The notes beneath the pieces are model-generated. The model searched no databases. It saw nothing but the letters and a program-made list of their open reading frames with translations, and was not told the origin of the DNA. Both the position numbers and the translations under genes were made by a program. Below, one piece after another: positions 1 to 13,310 of a stretch of 64,000 nucleotides of DNA (within the stretch, counting starts at the first letter, position 1; every line of letters begins with the position of its first letter). Origin of the DNA: Centroscyllium fabricii (Eukaryota); the NCBI GenBank assembly GCA_051313645.2, contig JBNRSN020000018.1, forward strand, positions 15,500,001-15,564,000. Reading direction: 5' to 3'.

Positions 1-1345
1 AGGCACAAGAATTGTACAGCAGCCAGCATTAAAACGATTTGCACCCTTAGAAAACAATGGAGCTCTAACGGGAGAGGTTAGGGTTGCCATTAAACCATTA
101 CCAGCGGTTTAGCTGGACAAAAGGATGCAGTAACCGTTTTTAAAAGACAATACCTGCAATAATTGGAAAGACATTAGGCACTCAACATTTTGGGTATAAC
201 TGTTGGACATTTTGAACAGTTCGCTCTCTTATGATTTAGGACTCTTGGAATCGACCTCTTGAAGCAGTGAGGTCTGTAGCTCTCTTCTCTTGATTCTTTG
301 GAAGCGGTTGGAGCTCTTGGAGAAGGCTCTGGAATCTTGATCTCGAAGCTTGAGGGTAGCTCAGTGAAGGTATAGCAGTGACTTTGGGTGGGCCCTCCTT
401 TCGAAGACTCCCGTTCAGCTTTCTGGGTGCAGGGCAAGCAGGGTGTAGGTTCTGGCAGGACAGTAGAGCTGGGTCAGGGCTGTATCGCATCGGAAGACCA
501 TTGCTGGTGAGGTAGTTGGTTGTTGGGGCCCCGTAGCAAAGCAGCTAATTGAACACTGCGAATAAGCTGACGTTCGAAGAGTGGGAAAGGCGAGTAAGCT
601 AGCAGCCCATTACAGTTGGCTCGAGAGGGCAGGATCGGCATACCCCAGGGTCCGGTTCAGCCAGGGAGACGGTGCGGTTGGTGCGAGGAGGTAGAGAAGC
701 CTCGAGGAACCCGTCCGGGACCAGCCCGAGCAGAAGCAGCCACCGCCAAGAGGGAGAAGAAAACAAGTGGGCTCCCGAATCTTCCACAGCCACGTGACGA
801 CCGACGCTGCAGCCGAAGGACGAAGAAGCTTCGTAGCTGACCCTGAGTTTGACCGAGTGGTGAGCATGTGCCCCGATCCTACACACCTGGACATAGCTAG
901 GCAATAGAGGGAAGGGTGGCTTATTTGGGTGAATTTATAGAGTGATTGCCCCGATTTACGATGTGCCGTGCGTTCCCCATCCTATAAGTTGCTTGTGTTT
1001 ATGTTTATATATATATTTGGGAAACGACTGTTTGCATATGATACTGTGTTGGTTTTATGAAGTACAATCTAACTGCTGTATATATATATCTGTTGTGGTA
1101 ATAAAATCATCCAATTTTCGAAACTCTTATTCAAAGTGTCAACTTGAGTCCAACCTTTATCCATCACGTTTCACGTCACGTCTCTCTTCCTGCATCTAAG
1201 TCCAGCATCTAGAACCGTAAGGGTGAGCGATTCGAACCGCTCACGGGGGAGGAGGTTATTGCGCGAGGCCTAGCGGACGGCTAGAGCAAGGCAGTAACGG
1301 ACCCCAAGTCGTGAATAAAACACACGGCGCACGCCCCTTACAACA
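1..1345 (+). mobile_element. 3' part of a long LTR-like element (probably Gypsy-type), left end outside the window
   Basis: Non-coding. AATAAA near 1100 and 1314. Ends ...TTACAACA abutting the middle of an HE1 SINE that resumes at 1346. Confidence 0.55.
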
Positions 1346-1428
1346 CAGATAGTACCCGAGGCTGGATTTGAACCCGGGTCTCCAGTGCTGTAAGGCAACA
1401 GTGCTAACCACTATGCCACCGTGCCGCC
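1346..1428 (-). mobile_element. HE1-type SINE, tRNA-derived head only
   Basis: Reverse complement has GGCATAGTGG (A box) and GGTTCAAATCC (B box), same as the other copies. Confidence 0.85.
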
Positions 1429-1429
1429 C

Positions 1430-1690
1430 TATGTCTGAGAGGGGAGAAATTCCTTCACTCAGAGTGTGGTGAATCTTTGTAATTCTCTGCCCCAAAGGGC
1501 TGTGGATGCTCAGTCGTTGAGTATACTCAGGGCTGAGATCGATAGATTTTTGGACTCTCGGGGGGAATCAAGTGATATGGGGATCGGGCGGGATAGTGGA
1601 GCTGAGGTCAAAGATCAGCCGTGATCTTATTGAATGGCGGAGCAGGCTCGAGGGGGCTGTGTGGCCGACTCCTGCTCCTAATTCTTAAGA
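1430..1690 (+). mobile_element. CR1 LINE 3' fragment
   Basis: Degenerate FFTQRVVNLWNSLP region plus CR1 3' UTR (gatcagccgtgatcttattgaatggcggagcaggctcg). Confidence 0.8.
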
Positions 1691-2338
1691 TTTTTTAATT
1701 TGCTTATGTGATGTGGGCGTCGCTGGAAAGGCCAGCATTTATTGCCCATCCCTAATTGCCCTTGAGATATGTTCTAATGTTCTTATTGCATATCCCTTCT
1801 GTGGGCCAATTAGATTGTAAAATTTAGGAAGCCTGAGAAAGAACTTTATTATTAAAAACAAGAAGAGGCAATGATACAAAAATTACAAGTTCAGGCGAAT
1901 ACAACTACATAGGTTGTTTTGCTACCTGTTGTAAAAAAATGTTTTGTTGGTTTTAGATCTGCCCAAATGACATTCTTCCAGTAAAATAGCCGAAAGTAGC
2001 AGGAAATTCAATCATCTTTGCAAATACTTACACAAGTTCTGACTTCTGTGTGCGACCTTTGCCCTTCCAACCCATTTTACCGAACAAACCAAAAAGAGTA
2101 AAATTCCTCTTATTGCGCAGTGTCTCAAATCGGCATTTAATTATTTGTCCTTTTATTTAAGCACAATGCAAAGTTTGACTGTGTGTGCTTCCTGTAAGTG
2201 CAGGTGCAACGGTTACGCTAAAGCTAATGTACAACTGAGTGGTCGACCTGCAAAAACCGTACCAAACAGCCACTTCGCTGGCATAATAGCACTCCGAGTG
2301 GACAAAATGGAAGAGCAGTGCGAACAAGATAAACCAAG

Positions 2339-2606
2339 TGTTACTGAATTAACGACCTCAGAGACGAGATATTAAGAGGTGAAACAATCGGCTTTTATTA
2401 GCTAAAGGTGGGCATGCACCAGCTAGTCGACCGTCCCCAGGAATGGCTGGGGGAAGGGAGACGGCCGCTTATGTACCTGATCCAGGGGAGGAGGAGTCAC
2501 AGGCGGGGCCAGCATGGGCATGTCCAGGTAGCAATACACAGTGAACTATTGTACAACATGGTTACAGAGATATATACATATATATATTACAACATGGTTT
2601 ACCACA
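2339..2606 (-). mobile_element. Solo LTR (268 bp)
   Basis: TG...CA ends, 5-bp TSD CCAAG at 2334-2338 and 2607-2611, AATAAA on the minus strand. Confidence 0.8.
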
Positions 2607-3279
2607 CCAAGATTCAGTGATGACTTTCTGCAACTTATAGTAGATGGTGTGAGGGGCAATGCCAGGTGTTCTGGACGGAGCTGTCCCCGGGGGTAAAAGG
2701 GAGCAGGCCCTGCGATTCCTGGGGCTTACCTTGAGATGCAAGCCCATTGTGCTCGAGTAAACGAGGCGCATGGGGGGCATTCCTGGGACGCCTCCTCAAT
2801 TCCCTGGCAATGTGGCGTAGGGGAAGCCAGATGCCCCAAGAAGCTGGCAGTGGGCTTGCGCTGGGGACACCGTCATCACCTCCCGCCCCCCGCCCCCAGC
2901 CCAATCAGATTGGAGAGCCTGAGGGGCCTGGTTGCAAGCTAGAACCAGGAAATTTAGTCCGACTGGGTCAAACGTAGTATGCTTCAGCAACTGCTTGCCA
3001 CAGGAGATTAAGACACTGCCCTTTGAACTCTGGAACTAGGGATTGAATCCAGCCCACCCAGGCAGGATGAACGTCTCTTCACTCTATTGGATGTAAAGGT
3101 TCTGCATGAAATGAACTTGGACTCGCTTTTTAACATTCGTTTATGGGATGTGGGTGTCGCTCGCAAGGCCGGCATTTATTGCCCATCCCTAATTACCCTT
3201 GAGGAGGTGGTGGTGAGCCGCCTTCTTGAACTGCTGCAGTCCGTGAGGTGAAGGTGCTCCCACAGTGCTGTTGAGAATA

Positions 3280-3697
3280 CAGGACCAGGCCCGTGCCGGG
3301 AAAGTGAAAAAAACGGTAGAATGAAGTCGGTCAGTGCGCATGCGCGCACCATTCAAAATGGCCGCGCGCATGCCCACAACATTGGAAATGGCCGCCGAAC
3401 GTCCTTGCTGAGTCTCGGCTGCGGTTTGTGCCTCCTGATGACGGCTAGCAGGCTGCTCCGGGGAACTGCGCACTTCACCATGGCGGGTGCTCGAGACTCG
3501 CACATTCAAAACCCGGCGCGAGCCGCCGCGCCCTGATGCCATGGAAGTCCCGGCTCGTCCGGCAGCCGTTTTGAATGATCTGCCGAAGCCTCGATCGTGG
3601 CTGCCATTTTGCGCATGCGCAGGGCAGTCGGGGCAATTTATTCCAGACCACTAAAGTTGCCGGCGTTTCGGGTAACGGATTACCGGTGCTCAACCTG
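3280..3697. mobile_element. pogo/Tigger-like MITE with degenerate left end
   Basis: TA|CAGG ... CAACCTG|TA. Right end resembles the CAGGTTGAGCA Tigger terminus; left TIR matches only 4 bp. Confidence 0.5.
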
Positions 3698-3788
3698 TAT
3701 AAGAACATAAGAAATAGGAGCAGGAGTAGGCCATTTGGCCCTTCGAGCCTGCTCTGCCACTCAATGAGATCATGGCTGATCTTCTGCC

Positions 3789-4745
3789 TCAACTCCATTC
3801 ACCATATCCCTTGATGCCCTTACTAATCAGAAATCTATCGACTTCTGTTTTGAATATACCCAATGACTGAGCCTCCAGAGCCCTCTGGGGTAGAGAATTC
3901 CAAAGATTCCCCACCCTCTTTGTGAAGAAATTTCTTCTCATCTCAGTCCTGAATGGCCTACCCTTTATCCTGAGGCTGTGGCTCCTGGTTCTAGTCTCCC
4001 CAGCCAAGGGAAACCTTTTCCCAGCATCCACCCTATCAAGCCCTGTAATAATTTTGTCTGCTTCAATGAGATCCCCTCTCATTCTTTTGAATTCAAGAGA
4101 ATACAGGCCTAGTTTACTCAATCTCTTCTCATACGACAGTCCCACCATCCCAGGAATCAATCCCGTGAACCTTCGCTGCACTCCCTCAATGGCACATATA
4201 TCCTTCCTTAGGTAAGGAGACCAAAATTGTACACAGTACTCCAGGTGTGGTCTCAGCAAGGCCCTATATAATTGGTGTAAGACTTCTTTACTCCTGTACT
4301 CAAATCCTCTTGTAATGAAGGCCAGCATACCATTTGCATTCCTAATGGCTTTCTGCACCTGCACATTCACTTTCAGTAACTCATGTACAAGGGCACCCAG
4401 GTCCCTTTGAGCATCGGCATTCCCCAATCTTTCACCATTTAGGAAATACTCTGCCTTTCTGTTTTTTCTATCAAAGTGGATAACTTCACATTTATCCACA
4501 TTATATTCCATCTGCCATGTTCTCGCCCACTCACTGAGCCTGTTGAGATCCCCTTGAAGCCTCTTCACATCCTCTTCACAACTGACACTGACACCTAGCT
4601 TTGTATCATCCGCAAATTTGGAAATGTTACATTTAGTCCCCTCATCCAAATCATTGATATAGATTGTGAATAGCTGGGGCCTAAGCACCGATCCTTGCAG
4701 TATCCCACTAGTCGCAGCCTGCCACCCTGAAAAAGACCCGTTCAT
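3789..4745 (-). pseudogene. CR1 ORF2 reverse transcriptase C-terminal fragment
   Basis: LQGSVLRPQLFTIYINDL, KFADDTK, RPHLEYCVQFWSP. Frameshifted from the upstream 4829-5230 piece. Confidence 0.9.
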
Positions 4746-5800
4746 CTCTACTCTTTGTTTTCTGTCAGTTAACCAGTTCTCAACCTATGCTAGTATATTA
4801 CCCCCAGTTTCATGTGCCCTAATTTTGTTCACCAACCTCTTGTGTGGGACCTTATTGAAGGCCTCCTGAAAATCCAAATGCACCACATCACTGGTTGCCC
4901 TTTGTCTACTCCACTAGTTACTTCCTCAAAAAACTCCAATAGGTTTGTCAAACAGGATTTCCCTTTCATAAATCGATGTTGACTCTGCCCAATCTTACTA
5001 TTAGTTTCTAAGTGCCCCGTTATTGCATCCTTTACAATAGATTCCAGCATTTTCCCAACTACTGATGTGAGGCTAACAGGTCTGTAGTTCCCCGTTATCT
5101 CTCTCCCTCCTTTCTTAAATAGCGGGGTTACATTTGCTATCCTGCAATCTGCAGAAACCGTTCCAGAATCTATAGAATTTTGGAAGATGACAACCAATGC
5201 ATCCACTATTCCAATGGCCACCTCTTTCAAAACCCTAGGATGTAGGTCATCCGATCCTTTGAGATTTATCGACTTTTAGTCCCATTAATTTTGCTAGTAC
5301 TGTTTTTTTACTAATAATAATTTCTTTAAGTTCCTCATTCTTGCCACACCCTTGGTTTTCTTGAATTTCTGGGAGGTTTTTTGTCTCTTCCTCCGTGAAG
5401 TCAGAAACAAAGTATTTATTTAATTTCACTGTCATTTCCTCATTCCCCATTATAAATTTTCCCATCTCTGACATTTACCTTCGCCAGTCTTTTCCTTTTC
5501 ACATACTTATAGAAGATTTTACAATCCGTTTTTTTAATTTTTCGCTAGTTGGTGCTCATAATGCATTTTCCCTTTTTTATTAATTTCTTGGTCCACCTTT
5601 GCTGATTTCTAAAAAGATCTCAATCCTCAGGCTGACCGCTTTTTCTGGCAACTTTATAAGCTTCCTCCTTTGACTTAATACTAGCTTTAATGTCCTTTGT
5701 TAGCCCTGGTTGGATCACTTTTCCTTCTGGGTTTTTATGCCCTAGAGGAATATATGTTTGTTGCAAATTATGCATTATTTCCTTGAATGTTAGCCATTGT

Positions 5801-6200
5801 ATAGAAACATAGAAACATAGAAACTAGGAGCAGGAGTCGGCCTTTCGGCCCTTCGAGCCTGTTCCGCCATTCAATGAGATCATGGCTGATCATCCAAACC
5901 CAGTACCCCACCCCTGCCCTCTCCCCATATCCCTCGATCCCTATCGAGCCTGCATCGACACATATCCCACCCTATCCCTGTAACCCCACATATTCAATTT
6001 CCCTAACACTAAGGGTCAATTTATCCTGGCCAATCAACCTAATCCACACATCTTTGGACTGTGGGAGGAAACCGGAGCACCCGGTGGAAACCCACGCAGA
6101 CACGGGGAGAATGTGCAAACTCCACACAGATAGTACCCGAGGCTGGATTTGAACCCGGGTCTCCAGTGCTGTGAGACAACAGTGCTAACCACTGCGCCAC
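5801..6200 (-). mobile_element. HE1-type V-SINE, full length, inserted in CR1
   Basis: tRNA head, V-core (gtggagtttgcacattctccccgtgtctgcgtgggtttcc), CR1 tail, (TTTCTATG)n. Confidence 0.9.
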
Positions 6201-8439
6201 CTTCATACCCTTTAGTGTAGTCTCCCAATCTACCATGGCCAATTTGTCCCTCTTACCCTTGTAGTTTCCTCTGTTTATGTTGAATACCTTAGTTTCAGAT
6301 TGGATGACATCGCTCTCAAACCTAATGTAAAATTCAATCATATTATGGTCACTTATCCCTAAAGGCCCCTTTACCCCAAGATTATTGATTAGCCCTTTCT
6401 CATTGTACGGTACCAGATCCAGAATAGCCTGTTCCCTGGTTGGTTCCTCCACATACTGATCCAGGAAACCATCTCGTATGCATTCCAAGAATTCGTCCTC
6501 CACACCATTAGTGGTAATTTGATTTGCCCAGTCAATATGTAGATTAAAGTCCCCCATGATTACCGTATTGCCCTTGTTACATGCACTTTTAATTTCTTTA
6601 TTGATACGGTGCCCTACATTACTACTACTGTTTGGTGGCCTATACACAACTCCCACCAATGTTTTCCGCCCTTGGTTGTTTCTTAGCTCCACCCAAACTG
6701 ATTCCAGTTCTACATCACGATCTGTCGAGCCAAGATCTTTTATCTCTACCGTACCGATCTCATCCCTTATTAACAGCGCTACACCACCTCCTTTTCCTTT
6801 TTGTCTGCCCTTCCTAAATGTTGAGTACCCTGGAACAGTCAGTTCCCAGCTTTGTTTACCCTGCAACCATGGGCTCGATTTTGCCAGGCCCGAGGAGGCG
6901 GAATTGGAGGCGTGTGAGGTGGTAAAATCGCAAAAGATGGCGGGCGGGCCTGTTCCTGCCTCCATCCCGCCTCTGAGCAATTTTCCCAAATTACTGTTTT
7001 CCGACCCCATTTCCATCCCGCTTGCAAGAGGCGGGATAGACCTGTAAGGCCCTTAATAACCACTTAATTGCCTCTATAATCCCATTTTGAGAGGCCTTTC
7101 CAATTTTACCACTTTTTCCACCTGCTGCACGTCTCTTCTGGAACACGCCAGTGGATCCTGCCAGCCTCACAAGTGGACTGCTTACTAACAGCTGCAGCTC
7201 CACCATTGAAAAGGAGTTTTCACCAATCATCATTTGCAGGTGGCAGAACTTTGCTGTCTCAGGTCTGGGGGAACTTTTAGCCGGCCTACTCATTGTTGTG
7301 GAAGTTTGGAGCCTGAGACTCATCTCCAGTGTGACCTCCTGGGAAACCTCTCTCCCCACCTTGACTGAGCACTTCTTCTTCAACTGAAGCATATTCCAGA
7401 AGCATGGGAACCATTTATTTCCTTTCCTTCTGGACATCAGATTCAGACAAAGATCAGTCGTGGCAGCAGCAGAACCATAAACAACAGCAGCACCAACAGC
7501 AGCAGCAAAAACAGGAGCACCAAGTGGCTGCTCACCCACCTGAAGCTGCACAGGCCAGAAGGAGCCAACATACGACTACATTGCTGCCCGGGATGTAAGG
7601 GACGCACTCATCTTGGCCAGATTTGCTTAGTCTGCACAATCAAACACTTTGGCCTCGCAACTTCTTATCAGATCATCGATAATGGCCAAGAACCTGCAGA
7701 TTCCTATCACCCTGACCACCATGCTAACTAATGCAAGTCACCCTAAGCCCTCAATGTGGAAGTCTAATTTGCGAAATGACACACGCCACAACTGCAACAG
7801 TTTGCCATCAGAACTTTTTATGACAATAAGCAATTGATGGCATTTTTAAAATAAACACACAAGTGACTACCCTTGTGACTACTTGTGCATTCTCTTACTC
7901 TTATGCGTGCTCCTACGTGGTGCTTCCCCTGCGGCTTCAGCAGATGTGGAGGCCCCCTGCTCACGTTCTTGCTGCTCCTGTCTCGACACCTTTGGCAGGC
8001 ATCCTCTGAGGTTATGAGCCTGTGAGGGCTCGGCAACAGTCTGCTGCTCCTGCGGCTATGCAGGAGTTGAGACACTGATCCCAGTTGGGTGGGGACTCTG
8101 GTGGGGCTCTGACCGAGGGCTCTGCAGTGGCATGGTTGTGTGAGCACTTGGAGAGGAGCCCCCACTTCCTTGATGTCTGCTACCAACATCCCTCTCATGG
8201 GTCAGCCCCACTTCAGAGCTAGCAAGTGGGTGGACAGCATGTTGTAAGTTGTTGTCATTGCATCACAGTGATAGAGAGTGTGGGGGCTGCATGGTCAAAT
8301 AATTAGGTGAATGTGACTGTAGAGAGAGAGGGAATGGGTAAAGGTGCAAGGATGTAAGTGTCAAGTGGGATGTGGAAGAAGAGTGCTTGTGAGGAGAGGC
8401 GATGGGGATGAGATTGAGGGTGATGGGAAAGTCATACTC

Positions 8440-8606
8440 ATTTTTCCTGTGTGGAGAAGGTCAGGAAACCTCTTCCTGCACTGCAGCCAGGTTCTGCGGC
8501 ACTTAGAGATGGAGTTGACCTCCTGGGCCAATTGCAGCCATGCAGCTTTAGTCTAGAGGGAGGGCTCATCAGAGCGAGGTGCACACTTTTGCTTGCTGGT
8601 GGACAT
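8440..8606 (-). pseudogene. Harbinger Myb/SANT-like DNA-binding protein remnant
   Basis: Manual translation MSTSKQKCAPRSDEPSL*TKAAWLQLAQEVNSISKCRRTWLQCRKRFPDLL; W..A..V...R.W.QCRKRF.DL signature. Confidence 0.75.
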
Positions 8607-8772
8607 GGTCGGTAAATGAAGTCCTTCATACAATATCCAAAGCATTTCCAGTCTCCAGAAGAAGCATGGCTGCTTGCAGGCCTTAAATCCAGCAGCACTG
8701 ATGGTGTCATCAGAGGCGACTTTCAGGATGGAAAGATTAATTGGGCCAGGGGTTCCCACACACTGGAAATCA

Positions 8773-10088
8773 AACATAGAAACATAGAAGATAGGAGCAG
8801 GAGTAGGCCATTCAGCCTCACGAGCCTGCTCCACCATTCAATGTGATCATGGCTGATCATCCAAATTCAGTACCTTGTCCCTGCTTTCTCCCCATACCCC
8901 TTGATCCCTTTAGCCTTAAGAAATATATCTAACTCCTTCTTGAATATATTTAAGGAATTAGCCTCTACTGTCTTCTGTGGTAGAGAATTCCACAGGTTCA
9001 CCACTCTCTGGGTGAAGAAATTCCTCCTCATTTCTGTCCTAAATGGGTTACCCCTTATCCTTAGACTGTGACCCCTGGTTCTGAACTCCCCTACCATCAG
9101 TAACATCCTTTCTGCATCTATTCTGTCCAGTCCTGTCAGAATTTTATAAGTTTCAATGAGATCCCCTCTCATTCTTCTAAACTCCAGTGAGTAGAAGCCC
9201 AATCGACCCAATCTCTCCTCATACGTCATTCCTGCCATCCCAGGTATCAGCCTGGTGAATCTTCGCTGAACTCCTTCCATGGCAAGAACATCCTTCCTCA
9301 GATAAGGTGACCAAAACTGCACACAATACTCAAGATGTGGTCTCACCAAGGCCCTGTACAACTGCAGCAAGACATCCTTGTTCCTGTACTCAAACCCTCT
9401 CGCTACGAAGGCCAACATACCATTTGCTTTCTTAACCGCCTGCTGCACCTGCTTACCTTCAGCGACTGGTGCACAAGGACACGCAGATCTTGTTGCACTT
9501 CCCTTTCTCACAATTTACTGCCATTCAGATAATAATCTGCCTTCCTGTTTTTGACACCAAAGTGGATAACCTCACATTTATCCACATTATATTGCATCTG
9601 CCATGCTTCTGCCCAATCACCCAACCTGTCCAAATCATACTGGAGTTTCTCAGCATCCTCCTCACAGCACACACACCCATCCAGCTTTGTGTCATCTGCA
9701 AACCTGGAGATATTACATCTAGTTCCCTCGTCTAGATCATTAATATATATTGTGAATAGTTATGGTCCAAGGACCGATCCCTTAGGTACCCCAGTAGCCA
9801 CTGCCTACCACTCGGAAAAAGACCCATTTGTTCCATCATTTTGCTTCTGTCTGCCATCCAGTTCTCTATCCAAGTTAATACCTTGCCCCCAATCGCATGT
9901 GTCTTAACTTTGCATGCTAATCTCTTATGCGGGACTTTATCGAAAGACTTCTGAAAGTCCAAATACACCACATCCACTGGTTCTCCCGCATCTATTTTAC
10001 CAGTTACATCCTCAAAAAATTCCAGTAGATTAGTCAAGCACAATTTACCTTTTGTAAATCCATGTCGACTTTGTCCGACTTTGTCAAG
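8773..10088 (-). mobile_element. 5'-truncated CR1 LINE nested in the Harbinger element
   Basis: ORFs 8867-9511 and 9732-10112 (LDFQKSFDKV, RPHLEYCVQFWSP), CR1 3' UTR and (TTTCTATG)n tail. Confidence 0.9.
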
Positions 10089-10970
10089 TGCCGAACTAGG
10101 AAAAAATCGCACTTTTTGCCCACTTCACATCGGAGTCGGGTTCCTAACACGAAAACCACCTGACACGCTCCAGCCCGCCCCATGGCAAAGTCCAGCACCA
10201 TGTCTCTGTAATGGCAATTACATCATACCCATTTACTTCAATCTGTACCATTAATTCATCCACCTTGTTGCGAATGCTACGTGCGTTCAGATAAAGTGCC
10301 TTCAACTTTTCCTGTTTAATATTTTTCCGCACTTTGACCCTCTTTACTGTTGGCCTTTGTTTCTGTTCCCTACTAGTTTTGCTGGCTATTTTTCTAACTT
10401 GCACCTCCAGGGTTGTTTCTGTCCTTTTTGGGTCCATACTTAGGTTCCCAGCCCCTTGACAAACTAGTTTAATTCCTTCCCAACGGCATGAGCAAACCCC
10501 CCTGCGAGGATATTGGTTCCGGTTCTGCCGAGGTGTAATCCATCCAGCTTGTACAGGTCCCACCTTCCCCAGAATCACTCCAAATGCCTCAGGAACTTAA
10601 ATCCCTGCCTCCTGCACCATCTCTCTAACCACGCATTCATCTGGTCTATTATCCTATTTCTGCTCTCGCTAGCATGTGGCACTGGGGAGTATTCCTGAGA
10701 TTACTACCTTTGAGGTCCTGTTTTTTAATTTATTTCCTAGCTCCCTATATTCTGCTTGCAGGACCTCGTCCCTCTTTCTATATATGTTGTTGGTACCGAT
10801 ATGGACCATGACCTCTGGCTATTCACCCTCCCCCTTCAGAATGTCCTGCAGCTGCTCAGTGACATCCTTGACCCTGGCAACAGGGAGGCAACATACCATC
10901 CTAGAGTCATGTCTGTGGCCACAGAAACGTCTATCTGTTCCCCTTACGATAGAATCTCCTATCACTATAT

Positions 10971-11223
10971 CAGGTTTAGAGGGGATTTGAGGAAAATGTG
11001 TTTCAGCCAGAGGGTGGTTGGAATCTGGAACTCGCTGCCTGAAAAGGTGGTAGAGGCAGGACCCCTCACAACATTCTAGAAGCATTTAGATAAGCACTTG
11101 AAACGCCATAGCATACAAGGCTATGGACCAAGTTTTGGAAAATGGTATTAGAACAGACAGGGCTTGATGGCTGGCGCAGACACGATGGGCCGAAGGGTCA
11201 CTTTCTGTGCTGTATAACTCTAT
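10971..11223 (+). mobile_element. CR1 3' fragment inserted in CR1 ORF1
   Basis: FSQRVVGIWNSLP; tail ...ataactctat resumes after the MITE at 12059. Confidence 0.8.
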
Positions 11224-12058
11224 GGGCTGGATTTTGTCAATGGGGATGTGATGGAGGCGGGACTCCCCCTTTTTGGGTTGTAGTCCCTCCTCCATCGATT
11301 TGTGGCCAACCCATGTGATTTTGCCTTGATTGATCTTGTTGAGCCTGCCCAGTGGACTCAGCAGGCCGTTTAAGGGCAACCTGGTTACAGGTGAACACAC
11401 AGATTGACATTTCATTTGTCAAGAGCTTTTGACAGATGAAATATCAGTGTTTGACAGCTCTGTGAAGCTGTCAAACACTGACAATCTGACTTCTAACTTG
11501 AGTCCTTTTCCACAGACTCAGTTAGAAACCTCTCCAGAACAGAAAGCAGAATGCTGCAGATTTTGACAGCTCACGGCCATTCTGCTTTCTGTGCCGGTGA
11601 GATGGGGGACTCCCGAGACCTGAAGGAAGGAAGGCTGCATTAGTAAGCAAAGGTTAGTAAAACTTATTTAAACACTTTACACACACCAAACACACTTACC
11701 TCTGCACTCATGCACCCATCACTCACCTGAACACCGGACATCTCGAACCCTCCAAGCCCTTCAGCCCGACGGTCCGCCTCGCTAACTTGGCGTGGTTTGG
11801 CAGCCCACACACTTCAGGGCTAAATATAGGGATTAGGCCAAAAACTGCCTGTTACCTACCCGTTAACAGGCAGTTAATTGGCACCAAACCCCTTCCTGCC
11901 TCGGGGAGGCGGCTCTCAGCACAGGTCGGGTACCCGCCTCTTGGGAAACGGGCATGGAGGCAGGTTAGGGAGGGAAGGGTTTGTGCCCCCCGATTCTGCA
12001 ATTTCCCTCCCACTCCCGCCTCCAAACCCGCCTCCATGGGGCTTGGAATTTCGAGCCC
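11224..12058. mobile_element. Harbinger-type MITE
   Basis: GGGCTGGATTTT ... AATTTCGAGCCC, TSD TAT/TAT; same family as 22865. Confidence 0.75.
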
Positions 12059-12450
12059 TATGACTCTATCGCTATTGCTCTCCCACTCTTTTTCCTCCCC
12101 TCCTGTGTAACTGAGCCACTCGCCGTGCCATGGACTTGGCTCTTGCTGCATTCCCCTGAGAAACTATCGCCCCCAGCAGTATTCAAAACGGAAAATCTGT
12201 TGGAGAGGGAGATGGACCCAAGCGACTCCTGCACTACCTTCCTAGTTCTTTTACTCTGTCTGGCGGTCACCCATTCCCTTTCTGCCTGTGCACTCTTTAC
12301 CTGCGGTGTGACCACCTCATTAAACATGCTATCCACATAGATCTCAGCCTCGCGGATGCTCCACAGTGACTCCAGCCGCAGCTCCAGATCTGAAATGTGG
12401 ATTTCGAGTAGCTGCATCTGAAGACACTTCCTGCACACATGTTCACCCTG

Positions 12451-12842
12451 GACAGGGAGGGTGTTCCAGGATTTTGACCTAGCAATGATGAAGGACCGGT
12501 GATATACTTCTAAGTCAGGATGGTGTGTGACTTGAGGGGAACTTGGACGTGGTGGTGTTCCCATGCGCCTGCTGCCCTTGCCCTTCTAGATGGAACAGGT
12601 CGTGGGTTTCAGAGGTGTTGCCAAAGAAGCCTTGGTGAGTCTGCTGCAGTGCATCTTGTAGATGGTACACACTGCAGCCACGGTGCGTTGGTGGTGGAGG
12701 GAATGAATGTTGAAGGTGGTGGATGGGGTGCCAATCAAGCGGGCTGCTTTGTCCTGGATGTTGTCAAGCTTCTTGAGTGCTATTGGAGCTGCACTCATCC
12801 AGGCAAGTGGAGAGTATTCCAGCACACTCCTGACTTTCAACC
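12451..12842 (-). mobile_element. CR1 family-B 3' fragment
   Basis: VRSVLEYSPLAWMSAA...HHQRTVAAVCTIYKMHCS, homologous to 28700-29100. Confidence 0.85.
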
Positions 12843-12897
12843 TGGGCATGAGTCCACAGAACAAAACTGCTCATACAATTTAGCACAATTTGCCAAT

Positions 12898-13310
12898 CAT
12901 AGAAACATAGAAACATAGAAACATAGAAGATAGGAGCAGGAGTAGGCCATTCGGCCCTTCGAGCCTGCTCCGCCATACAATGAGATCATGGCTGATCATC
13001 CAAACCCAGTACCCTGTCCTTGCCTTGTCCCCATATCCCTTGATCCCTGTCGAGCCTGCACATATCCCACCCTATCCCCGTAACCCCACATATTCAATCC
13101 CCCTAACACTAAGGGTCAATTTATCCTGGCCAAGCAACCTAACCCTCACATCTTTGGACTGTGGGAGGAAACCGGAGCACCCGGAGGAAACCCACGCAGA
13201 CACGGAGAGAATGTGCAAACTCCACACAGATAGTCACCCGAGGCTGGATTTGAACCCGGATCTCCAGCGCTGTGAGGCAACAGTGCTAACCACTATGCCA
13301 CCGTGCCGCC
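12898..13310 (-). mobile_element. HE1-type V-SINE, full length
   Basis: A/B boxes, V-core, CR1 tail. Confidence 0.9.

Larger units (their letters stand above)
6871..10198. mobile_element. Decayed PIF/Harbinger element with Myb-like remnant, inserted in the CR1 endonuclease
   Basis: GGGCTCGATTTT left end, CAT/CAT 3-bp TSD; removal restores CR1 ETW|LQG. Minus strand 8440-8606 reads ...APR...AAWLQLAQEVNSISKCRRTWLQCRKRFPDL. Confidence 0.75.
3699..12450 (-). mobile_element. Near-full-length CR1 LINE (ORF1 Zn-finger + SGNH esterase, ORF2 APE + RT), fragmented by insertions
   Basis: ORF1 HVCRKCLQ (12058-12450) and IVIGDSIVRG (10819-10970). APE LYLNARSIRNK...AITETW (10200-10320) joins LQG...VYRPP...GDFN...SDH (6200-6870). 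RT NYRPVSLTS, QGSVL, KFADD (3789-5230). 3' UTR/tail at 3699-3790. Confidence 0.9.

Noticed and set aside
2032-2247. Possible minus-strand exon (tttttgcAG ... TGT|GTAAGT)
   Set aside because: Stops in all three frames; at best non-coding and unsupported.
7404-7598. PolyQ-rich ORF suggesting a host transcription factor
   Set aside because: Lies within a TSD-bounded decayed Harbinger; short, with no splice context.
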